Source of the DNA: Amoebophrya sp. A120
Lineage: Eukaryota > Protista > Dinoflagellata
Reading direction: 5' to 3'
Assembly: GCA_905178155.1 (NCBI GenBank)
Contig: CAJINV010000001.1
Span: forward strand, 4,565,452-4,629,451
Length of the DNA stretch: 64,000 bases
Below the pieces are notes generated by a model. The model had not been told where the DNA came from. It saw only the letters and a list, made by a program, of their open reading frames with translations, and did not search any database. The first letter of the stretch is position 1, and each line of letters opens with the position of its first letter. Below are positions 1 through 14,100 of the stretch, one piece after another. Made by a program: the position numbers and the translations under genes.

Positions 1-135
1 CCGCATGACAAATGCCCTCTCCGCGTAGCAAAAATCACACTCCCTTTGCTGCTCATGCAATACAGATTTTTTTGCAATCCAAATGCAGCACCACAAGTTG
101 CATTCTTCCAGACCCAGACACTTTTGCATTTGATA
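1..135. mobile_element. Introner-like element, family A (partial, right end only)
   Basis: Right TIR cttccagacccagacacttttgcatttgata ends at 135; internal gcatgacaaa at 3-12; interrupts the ORF. Confidence 0.85.
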
Positions 136-3100
136 AGACACGAAGTTCACCATCAGCGGGCCCGTGTAGTCGTTCGCGCGGTTCTTCGCCGCGCCCACCG
201 CCGAGGCGTGGAAGGGCGTGCCGCGGATGCGGTACTCCTTGTCGTTGTCCCCCTTCAAATACACCTCGATCTTGTAGTCGCCCTCTTCCGGCGTGTACAC
301 GACCTCGTACTTCCCGGTGTCGTGGTCGACGAACTCGAAGGGCGTCTCCTCGAACCGGTACTTGGTGGTCTCCGTAACCTCTTGCCCCTCCTCCAGGATG
401 GGGATCTTCTTCATGACCGTGATGCGAAACTCGTCCGCCCCGCTCGCGCGGTTCTCCCCCAGCTCGTTGATCGCCTGGATCGTGAAGCGGTCGGGCGTGC
501 CGGCCTGCTGGTCCTCCTGCAGACCCGGACCGTAGCAGAGCGACTTCTCGGCGATGGTGTTCAGGAAGTACTTGTATTTGACCATGGTCGTCGTGAAGTC
601 CCGGATGCCGATCGCCAGGCGCACCTCGCAGTCCTTCGGGCCGATCGTGGCCACCACATCCGGCGTGTTGCACTCAATCAGCTCGTCGTCGATCACCACG
701 CCCTGCGACTCGGCGTAGAACTTCGGCGTGATGAACCGGACCACCACCTGGCCGTTGGTCGACTTGAAACCGATACCGGTATCAAAATGAAAAATCCCCC
801 CTCCCCATGTCGAAAACGAGAGGACTTGTGTTGCTGTATTTGAGTACACAAATCGCATTTGTCTTGCAGTAAAGGACTGCACGCAGACCGTAAGCCTCAG
901 GGGAGGCCCTTCGGTGTAGGGGCCTAGCATGGCAGACGTCTGCCCTATAGGCCTTCAGGCATTACAAACCGCCTGCATATCGTGGCGAAGTCTCTGAATT
1001 TGCCCTCTTGCATGAGGGGCAGGATTTGTGGTCTCAAATCAGCATCACAAATTTTTAGAAACGTACCTTTTCAGTATGGGGAGGGGGGATTTTTCCTTAC
1101 GATAACCGGAGATCTGCACCTTCTGTCCCCCGGTGACCGGCCCGAGGTGGGGCTTGATCCCGATCACCGCGTACGGCGGTCCGACGATGGAGCTCACGTT
1201 AATCTGCCACACGTCGTCCAGCCACTTGTTGGCCCAACCCCCGAAGAGGATCAGCCGCGACTCCTCCTTGTCGTAGCAGATCGCCGTGTGCTCACGCGGA
1301 GGCACCCTGATGTCGCTCGGCTTGTTTTCCAACGCCGGCGTGGACCACTCAAACTTGTCCGCAAGCAGCAGGCAACCGAGCGTGTCGTCGACAATACCTG
1401 AGTCGGTGAAGTAGAAGTGGGATTAGATCTGATGTCAATCAAGATGAGAATTAAAAATGTTAATCGATGCATGTCGTACACGTTGACATGAAACAGCAAT
1501 CTTCCATGATGTTCTGTGACAGAGTGGAAAATCGGCTGAACGACCTACCAGAAGTATCAAGCATTTATTAAATACCTAAACTTCGGCCCGTTCCGGCGCT
1601 GTCCGCGGACCCTCCAAAAATGAAGACCCGCCAACTCGGGATGGCCTCGACAAGCTGCATGCAGTGGTTCCACCGGGGAACGCTCCAGTTGAGGTCCATA
1701 TCGGTCCAGTCCTTATTTTCCACGTCCAGCATGAAGAAATCGTTAAACTGGCCGTCATTGTTCCAGCCGCCGAAGATAAACAGACTGTTGTCCTTCGCGA
1801 ACGCGCTGTGGCCGGACCGCGGCGCGGGCGGGTTCCCCTGGCACACCAGCTGCGTCCACCGGTTGTTATCCAAGTTCAGAATCCACGTATCGTTAAACGC
1901 TTTTCTCGTGTATCCGCTACCACCGTGACCACCGAAGAGACCCACGGAGGATTCCTGCAACAGGGAGAGAGTGTGGTTCGCGCGCTGAGTTGGCACGTTG
2001 GAGGGTTGATCCGAGGTGTCGATAGCACTGCCGAAACCCTGACTGACCACGTTGACTAAGTCGCTGTGGAAACCGCTTGCGGCCGGGCCGTCGGATTGGG
2101 CTGTTGTGATTTTTGTTTAATTGGCTTTCATCAAAAAGTTCTTACTTTTCGCGCACGGGGCTTTGAATGTTGACTGATCTATCAAACAAAAAACTCAACA
2201 GAATATACTGGCATCTAATCATTCGAAAAAGTCACTGACAACGATCAAACCAATAGACTGAGCGTTATCCTACATGTCTCTCGAACTCAATTTTGAAATT
2301 GAGGCAAGAATGCATTTTCCGTTGTCTTCACCATGCGAAAACACATCGAAGGTGTGTTGTATCTCATCAAACCTTCTTTGCTGTGCGAGGTGCGGACACC
2401 CAGGTTCATTTTGCTCTTCAAAACGCTCTGCCACGTGGACTTGCCGCCAATGCGTCCCGCGAGGCCCCTATAGCGAAGAGGAGTTTTGGAAGATTTTTTT
2501 CAACTAACGAGCGACAAGCAGAGCGTGCACTCAGTGCCGTCTGCGAAGGAAAGAAAAAGCCCGCCCGGCAACGCTCGCGTCTGCGACGTGCCGAGAGGTC
2601 GTGGTTCGGTAATTTAAGCCTCCAAGCGACGCTCGCATTTGCGACGCGCTGGAGCCAAGAGAAGGTCGTGTGGCGATCGCGTTTGCGATGCGAGTGTTTG
2701 GCCCCGGTATGAAAAAAAAGTTGCTCCCGCCCCGATGGTAGGTGTCGTCTGACCACGCTTTGCGGAGGTTTTCTAGTACCTCTTTTTCTTTTTTACTTGC
2801 TTTTATGGTGATACCTGCCTTGCCTCCGCCGCCACCGCCAGCTCCGATATTCATCTTCGCCTTCAGCGTGTCACGCCAAGACTTTGAAGTCTGTTGTCTC
2901 TTCCTATAATTGCGTTTCCGTTTGGAACGTTTACGAAATTTCTCAGCATTCTTGGAATGCGATAGTTGCAGATGCTCAGCTTCTTCCTTTTGATGGTGCA
3001 TACCAACTAAACACTGACACGACCTTCTCAATTATCATCGTCTAAGTACCAACATAACCATAAGCATTCAAAACAGGAGTGTTGCAACACAAATTCTACT

Positions 3101-3772
3101 GCAAACGAGTTTCTAGAAGCGAAAAAAAAACTCAAAAGCACTAGTATACATTTTCGACGTCTGCGGTCCTGCGGGCGCCGCGGACATCTTGGACTGCCGA
3201 GCGGCGGCAGCACCACCAGCGGCGATGTCCAAAAAGCCCAGCTTTCCGGCCTTGCCCATCATCAGCTTGGACGCGGATCCGCGGCGGCCGAGAATTGCCG
3301 CCTGCGTTGCGGCCGGGATGGGGCGCTCCTGGATTAATCCGGTCATACGGCGGGAGTAACTACCCTTCTGTCCGGCCAGGGACGCTTTGAACTGGATGCG
3401 CTTCCACTCCATGGCCTCCGTGTCCAGCACCCACCCGTCGTTCAGGCACTGGTAGGGTGTGGCGGAGTGGATGCCCCCGAAGATCACCACCTCGTCGCCG
3501 TTGCACGTGGCGGAGTGCAGGGTTCGGGCCGGCGGGATGCCGGAGGCCGGGTCCAGCTCTACCATGGACCATTCGTAGTTGCCCTTGGAGACCAGCTTGA
3601 GCAGGTACAGGTCGCTGTTCGGCGACGGGTTGCCCTGGTCGTTTCTGCGGCCGTCCATACCACCATACAGGATAAACCCGAAGTTGGTGCTGGTGATGGT
3701 GTGACCCGCACGCGGGGAGACGTTCACGCTCCCCGCGTTGTTCAGCTTTAGCCATGCGTATGGCTGCGGCAT
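136..3772 (-). CDS. 5' part of a multi-exon Kelch-repeat + IPT/TIG + filamin-repeat protein, probably the N-terminus of a Kelch-type outer-arm dynein heavy chain; continues off the left edge
   Basis: Kelch motifs (SPRAGHT..ILYGG, PARTLHS..VIFGG, APRSGHS..FIFGGW, PPREHT..LFGGW), then IPT-like VIGIKPHLGPVTGGQKVQISG|IGF and filamin-like YGPGLQ..FTIQAIN. GT-AG intron 1398-1575; introners at 780-1104 and 1-135. Exon structure between 2100 and 3150 is uncertain. The dynein call rests on the known Kelch N-terminus of Chlamydomonas alpha-type heavy chains; no motor domain is in view. Confidence 0.7.
780..1104. mobile_element. Introner-like element, family B
   Basis: DR accgg (775-779 / 1105-1109); ends tatcaaaatgaaaaatcccccctcccca and ggggaggggggatttttccttacgata; removal joins QISG|IGFK. 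Confidence 0.93.
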
Positions 3773-4750
3773 CTTGTGCGATCGTTAATTCGACACTTCT
3801 TTTGTTCCCAATGCAGTACTGTAGTATCCCTTGGAAATAGTAGCCCAAAAAAAAAGATACCTTCCTATCTGTTTTTGTTTCACAACAGGATTTTTGAATC
3901 AACTTCTGTTTGTTCACAAAGAGGCTATCAATCTTCAGAAAGGAACTTCACGCTCTATTTCTAGAAGAACAATGGCACAAGTAGGACTACTTTGGTCAGG
4001 TACGACCCTTACGGTTCTTGATTATTCGACTTTCTAATTCCTGTGGTGCTTTTGGTCAATTCAGTTTTTTTCGTATGACAGGTGGGAAGGACGGGTTTGG
4101 GATGAAAATCAGGTAGTTACGTAGGGTCAGTCTTCTTTCATCCGTGTCAACAATTCACGAAAAGGCACGACGGGGGGAAGGAAGCGTAGTACGTCTGACG
4201 TTTACAACTCTCTTTTTCCAAGAACGAAGGCAGGACGAAGTGCGGTTTATTGTTATCGTTAGTATTCTTTGAAGAAAATGGAAGACTCTCAGCTGTACGT
4301 ACGACCTCACTCAGCGGACATCTCCGTGCGAACATGGACGAAAGCAGAGCGTGCATATTAAGGTTTCGAGGTTGCGTGCGAAACGTAACGAGAAATCTCC
4401 TTCGTGCGTCTGAGGTAAAGTCCTGTACGAATTAAGAAAAACAATTGCTAAGGTACAGATTCCACTAGCTACCAGCGACAGCAGTCGAAACGTAGTGCAG
4501 CACAAATTTCTGTACAGTGTATCAAGGAAAAAAGAAAACTTCCACCGGAGTTCAACAAAACCCGAGCGCTTTGGCTTTTCTAGTGGATCTTTTCAGTGAT
4601 CTAAATAAACTTCACGATAATCATTCCACGGCAAGGTAAGGATATTCGGATTAAACTTGATGATGGCCTTTACGCACTCCTCATCGTCGACGTAGTGTCT
4701 ACGAAAACAAGAACCGATAATTTATTGTGAATCGCATTTGCTTTTAGAGC

Positions 4751-4965
4751 GGGGTAACAAATTCAGACGATTTGTGGTCATCCCACTTTTCACCCGCCCG
4801 GCCGGGTGGGTGAAAAGTGGGACGGAGCCGGATTGGCGCGCACACGAACGGAGAAAAGCAAGATCCGCTCAGTCGGTCAGGATCCTGGTTCTGTCCCACT
4901 TTTCACCCACCCGGCCGGGCGGGTGAAAAGTGGGATGACCACAAATCGTCTGAATTTGTTACCCC
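4751..4965. mobile_element. Intergenic MITE/foldback-like element with ~73-bp inverted arms, each containing its own hairpin
   Basis: 4751-4823 (ggggtaacaaattcagacgatttgtggtcatcccacttttcaccc...) is the reverse complement of 4893-4965; no target duplication seen. Confidence 0.75.
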
Positions 4966-5108
4966 TTTTGTTACTTAAGCTATTAAATAGCTTAAGTCAA
5001 AATTGATGAAAATGATGATTCCTCGTCCACCACAATTGCCTCAAAACACATGACTACTTTTTGAAAAAACCACCGGGATACTTAGACTTACACCTGCTAC
5101 CCTACTTT

Positions 5109-8100
5109 TTAGCGCAGGAAGGCACTAGTCGCGGAGGGGAACTCGCAGGCCTTTGTCTTCGTGTTGCACGTTGCGCAGTCTGCGGCGTTGGTCTTGTCGC
5201 AGGGGCAGTCGTCATCCACGTCGCAGCAGCCCGTTTCTGACACCTCGCTGCAGTGATACTGGCAGGCGTCGCCACTGTACCCGGGTAAGCAGTCGCAGGT
5301 GCCCGGGGCGAAGGGTTCGCCCGTCGCCGACCGGCGGCACGCGCCCTGCCCGCTGCAGGGCACCGGGACGTGGGGAAAGAACCGGTTACTCCCCACCGGA
5401 CAGGCGTCGTAGCAGTGGCACCCGAGTTCGACCCCCATGTACAGCCCACGCACCTCCTCGTTCAGCAGCGCCCCCTTGATGATCGACGCACGGTGGATGG
5501 TGCCATGGAAGAACGCAGACAGCGGGTCCATGTCCGCGGACCGACCCAGATTGGATTCCTCAAACTCCCCGGAGATCACGCCGCGGTCGGTTGCGAACTT
5601 GGTACTGCGTACCCCAAACACCAACCGCGTGTCGTCGAAGCCCTGGGCCCAGGTGATCGCCGGCGCCCGCGTGTACGGGTTGCCGTACCGCTCGCCATTC
5701 CGGTAGATCGCGATGTTGCCGTCGCGGTCAAACGTGGTGACCACGTGCACCAGCTGGCCGACCGACTCCACCTCGGTCGTGGCAAAGGTCGCGTCCGACC
5801 GCGCCCCGCTGTCAGAGGCCACGTTCCACTGCAGGGGTTGGAACTGGGCGAACGCGATGGTGGAGTACTCTTTTGTCTTCGTGTTTTCCAGCCCAAACAA
5901 ACCGCCGCCACCCCGGTGCTCGTAGATCTGGATGTCGTAAATCTGCAGCAGCTGCATGTTCCGCCCGTCGTCGTTCGGGAAATCCGGATCTGGGGAGTAT
6001 ATCTTCGGGTTCCGCACCCGGATGTTGATGTACCGCGTCTGGAAGTGGGTGGTGGAAGGCACCGTGAAGACGTTGCTGTTCTGTGTGTTCGTTTCGATCG
6101 CATACGCGTAGTGGTTGTTTTGCGCGTCGTGGTAGTAGACGGAAATACTCGTGGGGTAGTTGTCGCCGAACGTCATCTGCATGCCCGCCACGTTGCGTGT
6201 GTACTGCAGGTCCAGGCTCAGGTACGCGTCGTTTCGCTGTAAGGGGAAGTTTCGTTTTAATGTTCATTTTTCGCTGGTGTTGAAAAAAAATTCTCCAGAA
6301 GCTAAGTCGTATCGCTAGAATCTTAGGGGATTTCCTGTAGAGTGTACTTGTCCTCTCCAAACCATGCGTTCTATTGAAAGTGATGACAATGAGTAAAAAT
6401 TCACCTATACCAAAATTATACCTTCAGCTCCCCGGCCCAGTAGGTAGTCATCGAACCGTCCACGACGTTGGTCAAGGGGTAATCCCACACACTGGTCGCG
6501 GTCGCCGGGATCCCCCGACCGAGATTTCCGTCCATGATAATCCGGATGTCCCGGAGCCCGGTGCCCAGCTGCCCGTCCACCTGGTCCAGGTAGTTCACCG
6601 TGATCAAAATCTTCAGGTACCGCATCTCGATGGTCTTCACCAAAAACTTCACCCCCACTTCCGCTTCCTGCAGCCCGAAGAGGACCGCGTCCGGGCGGAA
6701 AAGAAACACTATCAAACAAAAAAGTGCTAACGCGAATGGTTTTGGGGCATTGCAGTCGCGCATGACAAATCCAAATGATCATACCGCTATAATCATGCAT
6801 GCTATGCAATACAAACATCATTTCTCGTGCATTCCTGCATGCCATCAAGTTCCGTTAACATTATAGAACACTTTTTCCTGTAATAAACACGAACCACTTG
6901 TCGTAATCCGTACTGTACAACACCTGCCGCGTGGGGTAGTAGGTCCAGTACATTTTCAGCTCCGTGACGGTGTACACCCGGTTCAAGTCCAGAACGGCCT
7001 CAATCCCGGAATCCGCTGGCCTTGGCATCCAAAACGTATTGATGTCCGGGTCCGTGGCCCGCACTCGGGTCCCGTCGAAAGCCTCCGCGACATCAGCGCC
7101 GGAGCAGACCACCGCGCCGAACTTGCACTCTTGCACCGCCTATGAATTGCAAAAGTATCGTACTCGTATAAATGCATGACAAATTCCCTTAGCATGAGAA
7201 ATAAAATTTGTAATGCTAATTTCCCTTAAGAACAGGATTTGTAATGCATTATTGCAATACGAGTACGATAGTTTTGCACAGGATACCGCCCGGATTTCGT
7301 TGTTGCCCTTCACGGCCTCCCACATATGGAAGCGTCAGGTTTGAAATCGACAAAGTTGAAACGATTTGTCATGCATAAAATGGATACCAGTTGGAAACCC
7401 AATTTCTAAGCGGCGCATGACAAATTTTCCGAGCACCGGAATCCAATTTGTCATGCTGTTTGGGCACAGACGACTGCTTTTGTCATGCTCCTTTAGCAGC
7501 TCTACTTCAAACCCTAAACAGGCTGACACGCGGCCTCACTTGCCATCCCGGCAAGACAGGCACTTCATGCCTTGCATTTTATGCATGACAAACTATTTCA
7601 ACTTTGACGATTTCAAACCTGACACATCCATACCACACGCGGATCTCATACAGCCGGATGTCGAAAAAGCTGTTTACCACCTTGACGCGGACGCTGGTCA
7701 CCTGGCGGTACAGCTCCAGCTGCGTGAGGAAGAGGGTGTTGCCCTTGGTGGAGTACACCGTGACCCAGTCGGGGTTTACCTTGTCCTCCGGGTTGAGACA
7801 GTCGATCTGGAACTCATCCGCCAGCGCGCTCCAGTATATGTAGATGCGGCCTACCGGCACCACGCTGTCCCAGTTCAGCTGGATGGTGGCGGCTCGGACG
7901 CCCGTCTCCGCCTGCCACACGGCCCCGATCACGGACCCGTCCACCAGCGAATTTGTGTCCGTCCCGCCCCCGGACTTCACGTTGGCCTGTGGGGGCCGCA
8001 AAAAGCTCGGGCGGTTGGTCAGCGTGTTCGCGATCAGCTCCGCCGGCTTGTACAGCTGGAAGTTCTTCAGCGCCGCCCAGTAGTCCCCCTGCGGCAGCGG

Positions 8101-11100
8101 CCGCTTCTTCACGATCACCAGGCGCAGCTTGTTCGCCTGGAACCCGGTGTGGATGGCGAGGTTGTAGGTGGACAGCGTCTGCCGCGGCACGGGCGTGTTG
8201 GGGTCGGTGAAGTTGAAAAACGTCCCCGTCACGTTGAACCACTTGTCCAGCTCTAAATTGTAGCCCTGGAAGTACAAAATGTCCGGGCAGAACCGCCACA
8301 GCATCTCCGCGCCGCCGACCCAGATGTAGTCCTGCAAATCGAACTCCAGAATAGTTTGCGGCACGCCGACGTTTCCGAACCAGAAGGTGTCCTATCAAAG
8401 TGCACCACTCGTCCAGCCCTCATCGATCGATGGCATCCACAGCAACGCAAGTGCTGGCAAAGATGCAGCTGTATTTCTTGCATGGCATAATATTAACGAC
8501 CGATGCTTATGCTGTTTCGTCTTCGGGATGTTGAACCTGTCATGCGTAGTAGTGGCAGAAGGCAAGATGTGGATGAATTGGTATTTTACATATACACACG
8601 AGAACGAGGGGGAGTTGTGCACTCTCATAGGTCCAACGAGTCGTCCAAAATGTTGGCAATCGCGAAGCGGTTGGGGTCCACTTCCGGCGCCCCGTCGTGC
8701 GGCGGCTGCACTTGTAGCAGTTTTCCGCGAGCAACGTTCTTCTCAAACATCATCTCCACGGCGTAGATCGCGTACATCACTTGGCCCTTGTTCGCCACCC
8801 CCTGCGCCAAGTCGAAGTGCGCGGACCGGGTCATGGTGAGTCGGACGTACTTATCAAATGCAAAAATGTCTGGGTCTGGAACATTCTAAACTTGTGATGC
8901 TGTCTGTGGATTCTGAAAAAATTTGTATTGCATGAACAGCAAGAGGACTCCAGTTTGTGCTACGCGGAGAGGGCATTTCTCATGCGGTAGAGGTATCAGA
9001 AAGCGCTCTAAAAATCTGTGATGCTACAGCATGCATCACAGACGTCACCGGTCATGGAAAATATGCATGACAAGTCTTGAAATCTTCCAGACCCAGACAT
9101 TTTTACATTTGATAGTACTGCGCCTCGAAGTCTTTCACGATGGTGGTCAGCGTGTCGACGTTGTTTGTCACCGTCGCCAAGTGCGTCCAGACGGCGTTGG
9201 CCGTGACCGGGGGCTCCCCGGGAATCGCGTCGGTGTAGTCGATCACGAAGTCCTTCGCGGGCACCCACCAGCGGATGAACAGGTCCCCGACTACTTCCCG
9301 CTTCTCGAGCAGGTTCAGCATCAGCGTCGCGCGCGTGCTGTCCAGGTAGTTCACCCACGGCCGGTTCAGGTTGCCGTCCACGGCGATTTCCGACGTGTGC
9401 TCGAACTTCTCGTTCGACGTGGCCTTCACGCCCAGTGCCTTGTTCGGCGAATTGTACACGAAAAGTCTCCGGAGTTGGTACCTGAAATCGTTCGTTGAAA
9501 ACAAAATCTTGATTTTCACCAAGGGACATGAAGCATGCAATATTTTTCATACCCGTCTAGAAGTACTTCTAGTACAGAGAGAAATTATACCGCACTGCAG
9601 CTTCGCATACGAGCGCCACAGCTGACGCAAGAAAGACAGCAGCCTTTGGCCTCAAACTTTCGCTGATTCGATTTCGAAGAAAGTTAGAACAATCAGAGGA
9701 TAGAAGCATCAAAAACAATGAATGAATCCCCACGTTGTTAGCGTCTGAAATGCGGTGCTCGTGGTATTTCCTACGGTCGTGGTGACCTCCGCGGCGCCGG
9801 GATCGAGAAACGCTAATTTCAAATATCGGGCCTTGAACTCGGCAAACATGTACTCCGGCGTGGCGTCCGCTTTTCCGCGGACCGAAAAGATCGGGTCTGC
9901 GCTGTAGGCGACCGCGTTGTAGCTGGCGAAAATGTCGATATTGCTAGGGAAAACTGCTCCGAAATCTATCATCAACCCCCAGAATTGCTCGGTGTTCGGT
10001 CCGAGGTCTAACACTAGTGACACGCGTTTCCGCTGCACCGCGATAGACGCATCCTCACCGGGGATCACGATCGCGCTCGTACTCCACACCAACGGGCTGG
10101 ACTGCAGTGCGTAGTACGCCGGATCATTGCTGTTTTGAATCAAGTTCGCTCCCCCGGAGTTGGTCACGCCGGCTACGGTCGGGATGAACTGGTGCACCGC
10201 GGCCAGGGGGTAGGGCGTTCCGAATTCATACGCTCTTACCTCCCGGATGGCAATCATCTTGTAGTCCGCGTACGTGTCGCGCGGCATCGCCAGCGTGAGG
10301 GTGAGGGACGGGCAGTTTGTGACGTAGTCAATGCCGTCCCATGGATACAAATTGGCAATCATGGGCCCCGAGATCAACGTCTTCAGAACATCCGCCCCGC
10401 ACTGGAGGATCAACGTATCCGACCGAAGCCGCCACTCGATCACCACCACATCGATCTGACAAAAATTATTTTGTTCACGACATGGACATCGACTTACAAT
10501 CTGTCGGTCATTCAGAAGTTTCAAATTGCCTGTTGAGCTCCCGATGGAATAAAAACGAAAGGAGTTGTACTCGAGTTCGTAATATTGGATCTAGCTACTC
10601 CTATGACCACGTAGTTGTCCCCTACTACACATCTTCGGCCGCGGCCACTATTGCAGTACTAAAAGTTACCCTCTCTGTTTGGGTAAAGGGCAGCGTGACT
10701 CGCAATGTTTCTGTCCCGCCCGGGTACGCCTTGTTGAAGCTGGACAGAAAGGCGGTGCTCTTGTCCCCATCGCACAGCCGCTCTGCGCTGTAGAGTTCGT
10801 TCTCGTCGTAAGGAATCACCGGCTCCAGGTCCTGCCAAGCAAAGGGCTTGGCCGTTTGGTCGTAGTAAGGAACCGGGGCGTAGATATTGTCGAAAAACGC
10901 GTTTGTGTAGGTCAACGGGGCTTCCATCACTGGCTTTGTGAAAATGTTCGCAATCGTGACCGGCGAGGACGGAAAAAACTCCAACTCCGACAATCCGATG
11001 AGCCCGCCCAGAAACGGGTTGAAAGTGGTGAACTCGAAGCGAAAGAGTGTGACCGTCCTGGCTCCAGGAAAAATGATGATGGCGTCCGGGCCGGCGGCGA

Positions 11101-14100
11101 CCAGCGGGTCGCTCATCAACACCTGGAAGGTCCTCCCGTCGTCTGCGGAATTGGACACCTGATACCCCGCGGGGGAGTAGGTTGTCCCCCCGACCGTCGC
11201 CCACACGACGCGCACACGAAATAGTTCGGTCGGCTCGAGGAAATCGATCGTGAAGTAACCCAACGCGCTAGCAAAGAAATACGTCGTCAGGTCGTTGTCG
11301 AATACAAACGCGAGGTCCCGGGTAACGCCCTCGTTCTCGATCCCGACGAGGTTCGTCATGCCCGCGCCCTCCGCCAGCGTCGTGTTGCCCCGAATCTGCT
11401 CCGGATTGTACGGCGCAGCCTCAAGCTCGCGGATTTGGACGAGCTGCTTGTCCTGGTAGGGCGAGGTAATCATGTACACGATGACGCAACGAGCGTCGTA
11501 TGGGAAATATACCACGTCCGCGTCGTAATTGCTCAAATCCGACGTCTTCGACGTGATCAGCGTGACGTCACCAGCCACGTACGTGGCCCCGGCGGGCGGC
11601 GTCGGGCCGAGGAACTCGCCGCAGGTTTTGGAGAACGCGTACAGGTACCACTCCGAGGCCTTCAGGTTCCAGCTGATACGGGTGTATGCGATGTTCTGCG
11701 TCAGTGTAGTAAACTCGAGCATCGCGACCGCCGTCGTCACGCCGGTGAAGGGCGGGCTGCTCCAGTAGCTCTGCTCGTTCTTGTCCAACATCGCCTGCGG
11801 ACCGTAGTCGATCGCGTAGGTCTGGTTGCTCGGATGCAGTCGCGCGAGGTTCCGGTCGAAGTAAATCTCGATCTCCCGGATGGTAGCCACGTACTGCCCC
11901 GTGCCCGGCCCAGTCAACCGCTCGTCCAGCAGCCGCTCCATCTTCAGCAGAAACCAGCGCCCGCGGAAGTAGGCCGAGGTGCCGTAGTCCACAATGTAGT
12001 CGTTGTTGTCCAAAACCGTGTTCAACTGCACCCACTCCAGCTTCTCACCGTAGTACCCCTCTTCGGCGGTCAAGGTGCCGAAATCCAAAACCCGGTGGAA
12101 GAAGTAAATCTTCCACCCCTCCGCCCACACTGTCTTCCGAAAATCGATTTCGAAGTCAATCGTCACGCGCTGGAACTCAAACAAACCCGAGGACCAGTAT
12201 ATAGCCTCCTCAGCCGTTACATTCTCAGCAGCTGTCACGTACCCGACAGCGTTTTTTAAGGCAACCCAGCAAGAGAAAAGCGCGATACGCTGCGCCGTTC
12301 GAATGACAAGTTTTGGACAGATTTCGATGGTGCTATTTGAGGCATCTCAAATTTGTGCTGCGTGGCTACATGAAAACGGGAAACGTGACGCAGATTTTGC
12401 ATGACAAACGCGTTGGCTACGTAACAGTTGAGGGTGTAACACCTGAGGAGGCCATACAGTAGGTGTCCATGTCTTGATCCAAAGCTTTCGAGGGCGCGTA
12501 GCGGTCCTTCCACGCGGTCGTAGCAGTTAAATTTCCGGTTTTCCCGGACAACGCATCTTGCACCTTAAAGTGGATAGAAAATCGATCAAAACATTTTCAT
12601 CCGATCTAACGAACGAGATTCCATCTGATTGAATCACTGGTGGTGGTGCACTGCCAATCGTATAATTGAAAAAGCAGTATCTATTGGCATTCACTACTCC
12701 TTCCTCCGGTGGGATGGTTGCCCAGACCTCGAGCGTGACGTCCTGCATGTCTTGCTTCGCCATGTAGGGCGTCACCATGTATTGGTTTTTCAGCGTTTTG
12801 TCGAAGATCAGCCCCTGCCCCTGCACGACTTGCACCCCGCCCGAGTCCAGCAGGTGCAAGTTCCCCACCTGGTCGAGCACCGACCCGGTCGCCTGGAAGT
12901 TCCATTCGGCCAGCTTGGAGTAGCACTTGTCCCTATCACATTGAAAAGTGCCCCCCCTCCCAGATGAACTTGGCAGCATCTACACTGCAACACTTCGCTT
13001 CCCAATGGAAACGCTCCCCATCTTGCATGCATCAGCGTCACAACCACAAGTCTTCAATGCTGAGAGAATAGCTAAAATCTCTGCTTGCATCAGAAACTTT
13101 TGCAACTTCCGGGGTCGTGGGGGCACTTTTCATTGTAGTAGTCCCGCGGCACGAGGTCGCAGATCGCGTTGACGCAATCCAGAGTGTTCACCGGCCACAG
13201 CGTGTTGTTCTTGCTGCCCTGGTGATGCAGCACGAAGCTCGTGAAGAACTGCCGCGCGAGAATGTTGGGCGCGCAAAACCCGCCCCACGTGTCAAACGGA
13301 CGTCCCGGGCACTCCGTCATGAAATGCGAGCTCACGCCGTTGAAAAGATCGAGGGCAGATCCGACCTGGAAGGGGGTATATTCATATTCTGACTGACACG
13401 CCATGTGTCAAATTAAATTCCCTCGTGCGGGAAGGAGGGACACCCCCGTACTTCCACCTCGAATTCGAAATACTAAACAGAGACGAGGCATTTCTATGTT
13501 TATCTCTTCGTTTCAGGCTGCTGCAACCTAGTAGTGTACTTTTCGAGTTCTACCTGATGGCTGTTGCTTCGCGCGGCCTGCTCCTGGACAATGGGATCGC
13601 AGGACACCCAAGGGTCGTTGCCGTCGCCGATCGCGTTGTAGACGCAGGTCTTGATTTCCGTGATCTCGTTCTCGTTCAGCTCGTGCAAGTAGTTTCCCGC
13701 GAAGATGCAGCTCGCGCAGGCCTGACCCGCTGGGTAGTGCTGGAACGTGACCTGCACGGGCGGGCCGCAGTGGAACACGCAATCGGGCTCCGGAAACTGG
13801 CGCAAGCAGTCGAAGCACGCCTATCAAAATGAAAAATCCCCCACCCCATATCAAAACGAAGCTTGCGGCGCTGGATTGTCGCACACAGATCAGATCTGTC
13901 TTGCTGGAGAGGACTGCAGCCCCATACTAAGCCCGAGCAGAGAGGTTTTGGACTAGGCTCTTAGCATGAGAAACGTCTGCGCTATAGGCCCAGCAGCATC
14001 ACAAATCGCCTGCATAATGCGGCGGAGCGAGTGGAGTTGCATTCTTGCAAGACAGAGATGATTTGTGGTCGCATATCAGCATTGCAAATTTTCTGCGACG

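Noticed and set aside
4751-4965. Tn3-like identity from the GGGG termini
   Set aside because: No 5-bp target duplication, no transposase, and a eukaryotic context
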